The notes beneath the pieces were generated by a model. The model worked only from the letters and a program-made list of their open reading frames with translations. It was not told the DNA's origin and did no database searches. This document shows, in pieces, positions 1 to 8,037 of a stretch of 58,993 nucleotides of DNA. A program made the position numbers and the translations under genes. How positions within the stretch are numbered: position 1 is the first letter of the stretch; the number at the start of each line of letters is the position of its first letter. The stretch comes from a virus (Duplodnaviria > Caudoviricetes), in the IMG/VR virus record IMGVR_UViG_3300017644_000001, positions 1-58,993 of that record. One strand, given 5' to 3'.

Positions 1-123
1 CAACCGCTTGGCGTAAATCTCCACCACGCGCGCCAGCTTGCTGATGCCCACCACCCGGTTCGTTGGGACGTAGGCCACCCACGCCCGGCCGAGGATGGGC
101 GCCATGTGATGTTCGCAATGGCT
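1..123 (-). pseudogene. folE: Host GTP cyclohydrolase I, 3' part (interrupted by the prophage; continues beyond the left edge)
   Basis: Minus strand reads [41 protein letters not shown], the FolE signature. There is an in-frame TAG at 136-138 just upstream in phage DNA. Confidence 0.95.
114..123. repeat. att core, left junction (CGCAATGGCT; imperfect match extends to 129)
   Basis: Identical to 58904-58913. Extended match: cgcaatggctTtcCaa vs cgcaatggctCtcGaa. Confidence 0.9.
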
Positions 124-184
124 TTCCAAAGCACCCTAGCAACCATTGATTTTATTGATATTTCCGCGTCAACACGCAGGCAAA

Positions 185-203
185 GTTACGCAATTGTTAC
201 GCA
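185..203. repeat. Tandem direct repeat GTTACGCA x2, candidate integrase arm-type site
   Basis: gttacgca-att-gttacgca about 60 bp inside the left att, next to an AT-rich ATTGAT x2 stretch. The function is inferred from position. Confidence 0.4.
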
Positions 204-235
204 TGGAGTTGCCCGCCACCCGGTGCGTAGACAAC

Positions 236-312
236 AAAAAAAGCCCCCAGGACACCCGCATCGCTGCGGAGCCTGGGGGCTTTAGTTTGGGAGGAAACGC
301 CCAAGGAGGCCT
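236..312 (-). ncRNA. SuhB/MmgR (alpha-r8)-like small RNA with its own intrinsic terminator
   Basis: Minus strand reads CCUCCUUGGGCGUUUCCUCCCAAACU, then a GCCCCCAGG...CCUGGGGGC stem and U7. This matches my recollection of the family motif and layout; the 5' end is approximate. Confidence 0.7.
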
Positions 313-368
313 CCGCGGCGATGGTGATCGCCGCGAAGATCGTGCGGCCGCGACTGGCGGCCGAAACT

Positions 369-782
369 CTATGTGTCCGTCTTAGCGGCTACCGCGACCG
401 CCATCTTGTCGAGCTTGTCGTCGATCTTGGTCAGACGGTTGTCGATCCGATCCATCGCGGAATTGACGCTGTCCCGACGCGCGAACGTTTCGAGCGCCCA
501 TTGCCGTGTCGTCTGTAGCTCGGCCTGGGTCTGTTCGGCACGCTGACGCATCGCCGTGACCGTCTCGCCGAACTCGCGCCGCACGCTGTCCGCTCGATCC
601 ACCGCCGCCCGCTCGACGACGTCCAGCGCCTTAGCGACATCGGTCCTGTGGTCCGTGATTTTCTCAGTGATCCGCGCCTCCATCTCCGCAAACTTGTACG
701 TCCCGCCGATGGCGAGAAGCAGCGTTTGCAAGACGAAGCCGGCCACGCCGAGCCCGATCATGATCCAGTGATACCACTCCAT
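369..782 (-). CDS. Lysis-region membrane protein (N-terminal TM helix plus coiled coil)
   Basis: 137 aa; hydrophobic WIMIGLGVAGFVLQTLLLAIG followed by a helical region; last gene of the lysis cassette. Confidence 0.7.
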   Translation of the reverse strand: MEWYHWIMIGLGVAGFVLQTLLLAIGGTYKFAEMEARITEKITDHRTDVAKALDVVERAAVDRADSVRREFGETVTAMRQRAEQTQAELQTTRQWALETFARRDSVNSAMDRIDNRLTKIDDKLDKMAVAVAAKTDT

Positions 783-801
783 TGAGGCTGGTCTTTCCTG
801 G

Positions 802-1194
802 TCAGCGGCGAATGATACGCGCGACGTTCTCGAAGCCGCGCTTGCCGAAATAGAACATCACGACGGTGTTCGTGATGCTCGCGATCCAGCCTTTCGGTTC
901 AGGCGTCGAGCCGAGCCCCAGGCAGATGTCCCAGACCAACACCTTCAAGACGATGAAGGCGACGGCGTAGCCGATCAGTTTGTCGGGCTCGTACCACTTG
1001 CCGATTTCGGCGATGCGGATCGCCTTCTGCGCCTCGATCTCGCGTGCCTGCACGTCCAACTCGCGGCCGGCGAGATCGGCCGCGATCTTGTCGGCATCGT
1101 TGCCGGCGGCGAGCTTGGCCTTGTAGCCGTCGATGATCCCGGTGATGACGGGACCGCCGAGGAAGGATGCGAGCCAGGACAGGATGGCGGTCAT
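802..1194 (-). CDS. Putative holin (3TM-type)
   Basis: 130 aa from MTAILSWL; TM segments and the typical C-terminal VVMFYFGKRGFE; ATGA-coupled to the upstream gene. Confidence 0.7.
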   Translation of the reverse strand: MTAILSWLASFLGGPVITGIIDGYKAKLAAGNDADKIAADLAGRELDVQAREIEAQKAIRIAEIGKWYEPDKLIGYAVAFIVLKVLVWDICLGLGSTPEPKGWIASITNTVVMFYFGKRGFENVARIIRR

Positions 1195-1382
1195 GTCCGC
1201 CACCCGTGGTGTTTGGCCAGCCCGTACACTCCCTCCACCAGCGCCATGAGGACAAACCCCACGACGGCCGCGACGTCGGGATCGTTGGCGATCATGTCGG
1301 CCACGGACTGCGGCATGATTGCCCGGAGCGCCAGATACCCGGCGATGTACCGGACCAGAATGCGTGCGATCGGACCGATCAT
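1191..1382 (-). CDS. Small 2-TM holin-like protein
   Basis: 63 aa, two hydrophobic segments and a basic C-terminus; directly follows the endolysin. Confidence 0.65.
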   Translation of the reverse strand: MIGPIARILVRYIAGYLALRAIMPQSVADMIANDPDVAAVVGFVLMALVEGVYGLAKHHGWRT

Positions 1383-2149
1383 GAGCTTGCCTTTCCGAAG
1401 ATGCGCGCGAGCGCGGTGAACAACGCCGACCAGATGGACGACGCGGGGGCGGGTTGAGGTGTGGCCGGCGGCGGGACAGGCGCGGGCTTCGACGGCACGG
1501 TCGGCTCGCTCTCAGCCTTCGCGAGGATCGGCACGATGCGCGCAAGCTGCGCCTGCCGGTCCGCGAGGCCGTTCGTCCCGCCGTTCCACAGCTTGACGCA
1601 GGCGGTAAAGTCGCCTGCGTCGGCCTTTGCCGAGAGGTTCTTCCACTTCCAAAACGCCGCGCAGATAGCGGGCTGCAAGTCGGGATCGGAGGCACGCTCG
1701 GGCACGGAGAGGAGATCGACGCCGATGCGCGTGCCGACTTGCAAGTAACCGTCCCGGCCGGTGACCTGCGGGCCACCGCGGCCGATGAACTGCGAGCCGT
1801 CATTGGTGCCCGGCCGGTTGCCCATCCGGTTGCCGTAGATGTCGTCGAAGGCTTTGCGCTGCCAGCCGGGCGCGGTGCCGTACTTGCGCTGGACGTCGGC
1901 CGCCGACTTGAAACGGTTCGGCCATACCGCAGCCATGCGGGTTGCGGTGTAGTTGATGTTCTCGGTGAGGTTCTTAATCGTGAACCCCGCCGTTTCGTGG
2001 TGGACGTTCGCCAGCATGTAGGCGAGGCGCTGCCGGGTCTGGCAGACCTCGGCGAGGACGTCTTGATGCGTGACGAAAGCCGCTATGATAGCGTCCGGCG
2101 CCTTCGGAAAGACAGCGCGAAGCGTCACCGCGTTGAGGCGGACGGTCAT
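1379..2149 (-). CDS. Endolysin, glycoside hydrolase family 19
   Basis: Motifs LANVHHETAGF, LTENINY, YGNRMGN, FIGRGGPQVTGRDGY and WNGGTNGLADR; Pro-rich linker and amphipathic tail. Start chosen from AAGGA spacing. Confidence 0.9.
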   Translation of the reverse strand: MTVRLNAVTLRAVFPKAPDAIIAAFVTHQDVLAEVCQTRQRLAYMLANVHHETAGFTIKNLTENINYTATRMAAVWPNRFKSAADVQRKYGTAPGWQRKAFDDIYGNRMGNRPGTNDGSQFIGRGGPQVTGRDGYLQVGTRIGVDLLSVPERASDPDLQPAICAAFWKWKNLSAKADAGDFTACVKLWNGGTNGLADRQAQLARIVPILAKAESEPTVPSKPAPVPPPATPQPAPASSIWSALFTALARIFGKASS

Positions 2150-2183
2150 AACCATGTTCCTTGTAGGTGCGGCCCGACCGTCG

Positions 2184-2381
2184 CTACCGCGACAAGATCG
2201 CGACCATGATCGCGAGCGAGGACGCGGCAACCGCGACCATCGCCAGGATGGGAAGCCAGTCGAGACAGCGCGACGCCGCCGAAGGCTTCTCGATGTCGGG
2301 GATCGGCCGATAGACCATCGGCTGCGGCTTCAACTGCCCGACCACCGGACCAAGGTCCGGCTCCATCGGGCGGGTCTTCAT
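2184..2381 (-). CDS. Small protein with a C-terminal TM helix
   Basis: 65 aa, hydrophobic C-terminus; overlaps the stop codon of the upstream gene. Confidence 0.55.
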   Translation of the reverse strand: MKTRPMEPDLGPVVGQLKPQPMVYRPIPDIEKPSAASRCLDWLPILAMVAVAASSLAIMVAILSR

Positions 2382-2926
2382 AGCGCGGCGACGTAAGCCA
2401 CGACGCGCGAGCGCGGGTACACACCGACGCCGACGACGCGGTTATGGTTGCCTGAGATCACGATGGGGTCACCGTGGCGGGTAAACCCTTTCACAACACC
2501 GACGTGCCCGGCCTGCGGGCCGCCACGGCGCGATAAAACGACGATAGCCCCTACCCTAGGCCCAACCCTCGGCAAAGCCGCCCAGGCGCGCGCTAGATTG
2601 GGATTACGGACATGCGCCGCGGCACGCGGCGCGATCATCGCCATGAAGCGCCCGCACCACACCCGAGCCCACCCGGTCGGGTTGGTGCCGATGTAGCGCG
2701 CCGCTCGCGCGACGAGTGATCCACCGTCCAACGCAGCGCCATGCCCAACCGGGTGCCGGCGGGCCGTCTTGACCCGCTTGGCGTGCTTGACGTGAGCGCG
2801 GTGATGATGATGGGGCTTCGCGGCCGGCGCCTGAAACTCCCAAGGCCAGACGAAGCCCCGATCACGAGCCGCGGCCGGTGCGGTGAAAAGCGCAAGCGCA
2901 AGCGCCGCGCAAAGTGCTGCACGCAT
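2378..2926 (-). CDS. Secreted CHAP/NlpC-P60-like (TIGR02594-like) peptidoglycan hydrolase
   Basis: Signal peptide ending APAAA; catalytic-type motifs WCGRF, GHVGVV and ISGNH. Confidence 0.75.
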   Translation of the reverse strand: MRAALCAALALALFTAPAAARDRGFVWPWEFQAPAAKPHHHHRAHVKHAKRVKTARRHPVGHGAALDGGSLVARAARYIGTNPTGWARVWCGRFMAMIAPRAAAHVRNPNLARAWAALPRVGPRVGAIVVLSRRGGPQAGHVGVVKGFTRHGDPIVISGNHNRVVGVGVYPRSRVVAYVAAL

Positions 2927-2961
2927 AAAAGTCTCCTCGGTTTTTGTGTTGTGGCGCGCCG

Positions 2962-4059
2962 CTACTTTTGTGGCGCGAAGATATGCTCAGCGCCGAAGTC
3001 GGACGGCTCATACGACTTCGAGCCAGCGCCGGGCTTTCGTTTGTCTTTGCCCGCCTCGCCTTGCGGCAATTTCAATTCGAGCTTCGTGGTCCAGCCGGAC
3101 CGCGAGTAGTTGTGATCGACGCCCTCGATCCGATACGCGCCGTCGATGCCGGGGCGCGCGCCGACCAGAAGGAAGGTGCCGCCTGGTCGTGCGGCCGCAT
3201 TGCCGTCGATCTCGGCCGAGCCGCCGCCCTTCTCGCGCTCCGCGTCCTTCGCGCCGTTGGTCGCTGATCCCTTGCTCTCGCCTTCGTCGGCCCGCGAGTA
3301 GCGGTCGCCAAAGATGGCCTGTGCGCCCTGGTCGAGGATTTCGACCTCGGTTTCCTTCCACTTCGCGGCCTTGCGGTCATAGTAGCGAGCGCGGGACTTC
3401 TTGTGCCGCTTGCGGCCGAGCGTCGGGCTGATGTCCCAGGAGATGAGATTGTCGCCCCACGCGCCCGTCACAGTGCCCATAGCGAGGCCGGAAGCGGAGC
3501 CGCCATCCTTTACCGCCAGGATCGCCTCGGTGCCCCGGACCTTAAACACGCCGCCAAGCTCGTGCGCGACGCGCTCCCCGAAGTGCAGAAAGCTCTCGTC
3601 GTTGAGGCCCCACCACTCCCGCGTCTCGGAGGCAAACTTCGGATCGACCTTGATGCTGGTGATACCGGCGGCCTTGCCGGTTTCCTCCAACGCCTGCTTG
3701 ACCGTTTTATTGTCCATGTGCCGCTGTTGCGGCTGCTTGGCTTTGCCTTCGGTGTCCACTCCCTTGGCGCTGATCGTCAACTCACGACCACCGCCGCGCG
3801 TCCCGCGCGAGCGGACCTCGTCAACGGTGCCGACGAACACGCTGATCGCACCGAAGCCTTCCCACCCCAGAAGGATCGACATCGGCGCGCCGGTCTGCGG
3901 GAGCAGGATGTAGCCGTCGCGATCATCGACGGTGATCTCGGCGCTGTCGGAATGCGTCCCCTCCTTGTCGGAGATACGGATCGACGTCGAGAGCGGATTG
4001 AACCGGGACGAGATGTCCTGCCCAGCGACGATGATCTGGTAAAACGCTCGCTTCGCCAT
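2962..4059 (-). CDS. Baseplate hub / P2 late control D family protein
   Basis: Motifs ISDKEGTHSDSAEITVDD, NDESFLHF and YRIEGVDHNYSRSGWTT; follows the U and X genes. Confidence 0.88.
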   Translation of the reverse strand: MAKRAFYQIIVAGQDISSRFNPLSTSIRISDKEGTHSDSAEITVDDRDGYILLPQTGAPMSILLGWEGFGAISVFVGTVDEVRSRGTRGGGRELTISAKGVDTEGKAKQPQQRHMDNKTVKQALEETGKAAGITSIKVDPKFASETREWWGLNDESFLHFGERVAHELGGVFKVRGTEAILAVKDGGSASGLAMGTVTGAWGDNLISWDISPTLGRKRHKKSRARYYDRKAAKWKETEVEILDQGAQAIFGDRYSRADEGESKGSATNGAKDAEREKGGGSAEIDGNAAARPGGTFLLVGARPGIDGAYRIEGVDHNYSRSGWTTKLELKLPQGEAGKDKRKPGAGSKSYEPSDFGAEHIFAPQK

Positions 4060-4063
4060 CGGC

Positions 4064-4303
4064 TCAATCCCACAGCGACACGACGTGTTGCGTCTCGGCT
4101 ACCGGCGGCGGCTCGATGGGGATCGTCACCGCTGTGCCGACCGGCAACTCGAAGCCGCAATGTTCAAGGTGTTGGTTCACGTCGAGCGCCATCAGGCGCT
4201 CGAACAGACCGGGCATCGGTCGGCGGAACCGTTGCCAAAGGATCAGGTCAACGGACTGGCCTTCCGATTTGACCGTGACCGTCTCGTAGGTGATCGCGGC
4301 CAT
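4064..4303 (-). CDS. Tail protein X (P2 GpX-like)
   Basis: 79 aa with VDLILW, LPVGTAVTIP and terminal VSLWD. Confidence 0.85.
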   Translation of the reverse strand: MAAITYETVTVKSEGQSVDLILWQRFRRPMPGLFERLMALDVNQHLEHCGFELPVGTAVTIPIEPPPVAETQHVVSLWD

Positions 4304-4314
4304 CACCGCCTCCG

Positions 4315-4734
4315 TCAAAGCATCCCGGCGAGGATCGAGAAGATCGAGCCCGAGCCCGGTGCGTCGTCGCGCTTGAGCGACACATCGACCTCGATCACCT
4401 GACCGACGCCGTTGCGGTCCAGATAAGACGACCGCTCGCTGACCTTCTCGATGACGTACCAGCCGAGCGGTACGCCGTCGCCACGCATGAACGGCATGGG
4501 TTGGCCTGACGCTTGCTGATCGAGCAGAGCGTCGAGCGTCGATAGCCCGCCGAACTTCGACGGGAACAACTTGCATTTCAGTTCGCGGCTGTCCGGGCCG
4601 AGGCCGACGAACTCAAGCGGCGGCCGTCGTCCCATCACGGACTTCTCTGCAAACGAGGCCTCGCTGTCATGCGAGGCCTCGGTCATGTTGAACGGCCAGA
4701 CTTCCATCTGGACCGATCCGAGTTGTGCAAGCAC
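4315..4734 (-). CDS. Tail tube initiator (P2 GpU-like)
   Basis: Motifs MLAQLG, RRPPLEFVGLG and GDGVPLGWYVI; follows the tape measure gene. Confidence 0.88.
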   Translation of the reverse strand: MLAQLGSVQMEVWPFNMTEASHDSEASFAEKSVMGRRPPLEFVGLGPDSRELKCKLFPSKFGGLSTLDALLDQQASGQPMPFMRGDGVPLGWYVIEKVSERSSYLDRNGVGQVIEVDVSLKRDDAPGSGSIFSILAGML

Positions 4735-4743
4735 GGTTCAACC

Positions 4744-6912
4744 TCACGTAAAGCGCAAGCCGGTGTCCGCCTGCAAGCCGCGGACGGCCTGTTCGATCCT
4801 TCGCTCAAGATGGTCGCCGATCCGCTCGATAACCTCGCGCGGATCACTCACGCCGCTGATGCTGAACGTGTTGTTCATCGTCACCGTAACAGGCGATCCA
4901 GCGTTCGCGTGGATGCGCCCGCTCGTCGAAGGCGTGAAGATTTCGGGACGCTTCTCGCCGACGAGATAGCTGCGGCCCGCCGTCACCGGGCCGCCGCCGG
5001 CACGGCTCCCGCTGATCCGCGGTTTCCACCGCTGCCCCGGCGGTTTCGGCGCCATCGGGTCAGGGCCGGCGGTAGAGCCGCCGCCACTCCCCATGTTGCG
5101 GATCGCTTGCCCAAGGCTCACCGCGGCCTGCCACGCGCTCTTGAGCCAGCCGACGAACGTGCCAATCGCGGAGATCGCGGCGTTGATCCCCGCCGCCACC
5201 GTGCCGCCGATGGTGCGACCGAACGCGGCCCACTCCTCGTTCGACGCCTTGATCGGCCCGACCAGTCCCGAGAACCAAGTGAAGATGTTGTGCGCCATGT
5301 CGGCGATGGGCTGCAACAGACCCGGCAGCGGACCAAGGCCAGCCATGAAGCCTTCGGCGATCCCGCCGAACATCGCCTTGATGCCAGACCAGTTGTTGTA
5401 GATGGCGACGCCGGCCGCGGCGATGGCCGCGACCGCAGCCCCTACCGGCGTGATAACCGCAAGGCCGATGAACGCGGCGCGCAGCGCCGCCAGCGGGCTC
5501 AACATGGCGAGGATCGGCGCAACGGTCAGTCGAGCAAGGAAGCCGACGACAGCAAGCCCACCGCGCGCCATCATCAAGAGGCCGCTGTAAGCAAGCCCGC
5601 CAGCGAACGCCACGCCGAGCGCCGCGATACGCAGTCCGATCAAACCAGCCGTCACCGCCACAATGGACGCCGCGAGCTTCGGGTTCGCTTCGACCCAAGC
5701 CTCGATCCGCCGGACGATAGGGCCGAGCGCATCGGTGATTGCGGTCAATCCAGGGAGCAAGGCGTTGCCGAGACTGATGCGGAGGTTTTCGAGGCCAACG
5801 GTGAACCGCTTAAGCTTTTCCTCCGATGTCTCTAGACGCCGCTGGAAGTTGCGCTCGGTGTACCCCTGTGCATCAAGCGCAGCCTGCCTAATCTCCTGGT
5901 AACGCTTCATCCCCTCCCACATCGGGCGGATGAACTCCAAGACCTGCTTGTCGCCGAAGATTTGCGAGATCAGGTCGGCGTCACCTTTCGTCGCCTTTCG
6001 GAGGACGTTCAAGATATGCTCGATGGGTGACAGACCCTTCTCGCGCGCAAACTTGAGTTCCCGCGTGACGTCTATTCCGAACTTTTTGAAGTTCTTGATC
6101 GTCTCCTTGAGGGTGAGCTTCTGAAAGAAGTTCATCATATTGTTGGCGGCGGCCTCGCCGTCCTGCGCGCCGGTTCGTGCAACCTGCAACGCGGCAGCGA
6201 GGTCGGCGACCGCTGGCACGCCATGCTCGCCGAAGAACTGCGCCGTGGCCGTGATCTGCGAGAAGGACTTCGCCATGTCCTTCAACTCGAAGCCGCCTTG
6301 CTGACCGGCCATCGCCATCGCGTCGATGGCGCGCTCGACCTCGTTCGCTGGCGTCTTGAGGTTGAAGAAGATCGCGTGTGCCGACTTCGCCATTTCCTCG
6401 AAGTTGGCGCGGAACGCCGTCGTCGCCTTTCCGATGGCGGGCGCCATCGCTAGAGCGTTATCGACGTTCTCTTGATCGGTCTTGCCGCCCAGGCCCATGC
6501 CGACCAAGAAGTCGATGCCCTTGGCAACGCTGAGCGCACCCTGGTTGGTCTGGCGACCGATCTCGCGGATACGCTTACCGACCGCGGTAAGCCGCTCGCC
6601 CGACATGTCGGCTTTCTGCCCGAGGTCTTCGAGGACCGTCTCGAAGTCCATCGCCGTCTTAAACGTCGGCGACAAGGCGCGCTCAAGCGCCCACGCACCG
6701 GCTGCGGCCTCGAACATACGGCCGCGCATCGCCGCCAGCTTGGCGTTGTTTGCCTCAAGCGCAGCCCCGAGGCGCATCTGCGTCGCAGCGAAGCCCGTGG
6801 ACATGCCACGGGCTGCGGTTTGGATCGTCCGCAGCCCGGCCACGGCAACGCGCGCCGGCCCCGATACTCCGTCGATAAGACGGATCAGGAGTTGAGAAGT
6901 CAGTGTTGCCAC
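4744..6912 (-). CDS. Tail tape measure protein
   Basis: 722 aa, Ala-rich and helical; AGQQGGFELKDMA core, IYNNWSGIKAMF and C-terminal RAGGGPV..YLVGEKRPEIF. Confidence 0.92.
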   Translation of the reverse strand: MATLTSQLLIRLIDGVSGPARVAVAGLRTIQTAARGMSTGFAATQMRLGAALEANNAKLAAMRGRMFEAAAGAWALERALSPTFKTAMDFETVLEDLGQKADMSGERLTAVGKRIREIGRQTNQGALSVAKGIDFLVGMGLGGKTDQENVDNALAMAPAIGKATTAFRANFEEMAKSAHAIFFNLKTPANEVERAIDAMAMAGQQGGFELKDMAKSFSQITATAQFFGEHGVPAVADLAAALQVARTGAQDGEAAANNMMNFFQKLTLKETIKNFKKFGIDVTRELKFAREKGLSPIEHILNVLRKATKGDADLISQIFGDKQVLEFIRPMWEGMKRYQEIRQAALDAQGYTERNFQRRLETSEEKLKRFTVGLENLRISLGNALLPGLTAITDALGPIVRRIEAWVEANPKLAASIVAVTAGLIGLRIAALGVAFAGGLAYSGLLMMARGGLAVVGFLARLTVAPILAMLSPLAALRAAFIGLAVITPVGAAVAAIAAAGVAIYNNWSGIKAMFGGIAEGFMAGLGPLPGLLQPIADMAHNIFTWFSGLVGPIKASNEEWAAFGRTIGGTVAAGINAAISAIGTFVGWLKSAWQAAVSLGQAIRNMGSGGGSTAGPDPMAPKPPGQRWKPRISGSRAGGGPVTAGRSYLVGEKRPEIFTPSTSGRIHANAGSPVTVTMNNTFSISGVSDPREVIERIGDHLERRIEQAVRGLQADTGLRFT

Positions 6913-6921
6913 AGCACCACC

Positions 6922-7070
6922 TTAATGTGCGGCCTTGAAGATGCGCGCGGCCTCGTCGTGCCACGCACAAATCTCGCGCCACTCCATCTCCAAGAGCATC
7001 GGGATCGGCGTCGATAGGACGTGCGCCACGTCGGCGATCACTGACCGCCAGCCTGCCGCACCTTCGAGGG
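6922..7070 (-). CDS. GpE'-like extension of the tail assembly chaperone, reached by -1 frameshift
   Basis: After the T7 run, the -1 frame reads SLEGAAGWRSVIADVAHVLSTPIPMLLEMEWREICAWHDEAARIFKAAH*, matching the P2 E' pattern. Confidence 0.8.
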
Positions 7071-7367
7071 AAAAAAATCGTTTGCCGCCTCGGAGAGGTC
7101 GATCAAGTCCTCGGCGTCGATCTCGTCCAGCGCATCGACAGGCAGATCGTTGATGGACGCAAGCAGCGCGAGCATCAACGCCGTCTCGCCGCCGCCCTTC
7201 GCTGACACCTCCTCGATGAGGCGCATTTCCTTGCCGCGTGTCCGGCGTAGTTTCAGCGCCGAGATCGTGACGGGCTTTCCGTCCGCTGGCGTGTACGTGA
7301 TCGGAAATTTGAGAGGGAACGACTTCTCGGTGACTTGGGCTGCGCCCTGTTTCACTTCGTCGGTCAT
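7038..7367 (-). CDS. Tail assembly chaperone (GpE/gp41-like)
   Basis: 109 aa between the tube and tape measure genes, with LDEIDAEDL...DFF; AGGAG RBS. Confidence 0.85.
   Translation of the reverse strand: MTDEVKQGAAQVTEKSFPLKFPITYTPADGKPVTISALKLRRTRGKEMRLIEEVSAKGGGETALMLALLASINDLPVDALDEIDAEDLIDLSEAANDFFPSKVRQAGGQ
7071..7077 (-). promoter_or_regulatory. Programmed -1 ribosomal frameshift slippery site (T TTT TTT)
   Basis: A7 on the plus strand at the DFF codons, the conserved position for tail chaperone frameshifts. Confidence 0.8.
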
Positions 7368-7401
7368 TGGAGGCACTCCTTGCTGTTCGTTTATTGTCGT
7401 T

Positions 7402-7429
7402 CCGCCGGCCGGGCGTTACCGGCCGGCGG
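7402..7429. repeat. 11-bp inverted repeat downstream of the tail tube gene
   Basis: ccgccggccgg-gcgtta-ccggccggcgg with no U-tract; possibly a stabiliser or attenuator. Confidence 0.6.
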
Positions 7430-7440
7430 TGATGGCACGA

Positions 7441-7974
7441 TCAGATCGTGCGCGGGATGCGGAGGATCGCGTTGGTCGTGGCGTTCTCGTCGGTGCCGTT
7501 GACACGCCACGCATTGGTCCAGAAGTCCCAGAAGATTTTCTCCTGACCGTCGAAATAGACCTCGTAGTGCGTGATCTCGTTGATGGCGTAATCGGTCGCC
7601 GGCAGATCGCCGCGCTTGTATGCGTCGGCCTCGATCTTGCCGAGGCGACCTTCCATCACGGCGCGCAGTTCGGTGGATTTTCCGGTGCGGCGGTCCTTGA
7701 TCTCGCCATAGGCCGTGTAAAGGTTCTTCACCTTCGAGCCGAGGCCGAACTGGATCAGAAGCGCCGGGTCGAACCCGACCAGCTTGAACGTCGGCTCAAG
7801 CTTCTTGATGCCGACCTCGATCTCGATGCCGACGCGCGAACCGCCGGGCTGGTGATCCTGATAATCAGCCTCAAGCGTCGGCAGCTTGAGTTCCTGGATC
7901 GAAAGGTGCTTCGAGTTGGACGGGTCGTGCGAGCCGCAAAACAGGTTCGCGGCCTCAATGATAAAGAGCGACAT
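7441..7974 (-). CDS. Major tail tube protein (P2 FII-like)
   Basis: 177 aa directly after the sheath gene; ELKLPTL, HQPGG, MEGRLGKIE and THYEVYFDG. Confidence 0.9.
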   Translation of the reverse strand: MSLFIIEAANLFCGSHDPSNSKHLSIQELKLPTLEADYQDHQPGGSRVGIEIEVGIKKLEPTFKLVGFDPALLIQFGLGSKVKNLYTAYGEIKDRRTGKSTELRAVMEGRLGKIEADAYKRGDLPATDYAINEITHYEVYFDGQEKIFWDFWTNAWRVNGTDENATTNAILRIPRTI

Positions 7975-8007
7975 CGCGTCGATCTCCTATTGGATGGAAG
8001 GTGGGAA

Positions 8008-8031
8008 CGGCGCCGGCCGAAGCCGGCGCCG
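8008..8031 (-). repeat. 10-bp stem with UUCG tetraloop between sheath and tube genes
   Basis: cggcgccggc-ttcg-gccggcgccg on the minus strand. Confidence 0.6.
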
Positions 8032-8037
8032 CGTCGA

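Noticed and set aside
146-518. Plus-strand ORFs 146-385 and 321-518
   Set aside because: They overlap att-proximal sites, the sRNA/terminator and a real minus-strand gene; no coding signal.
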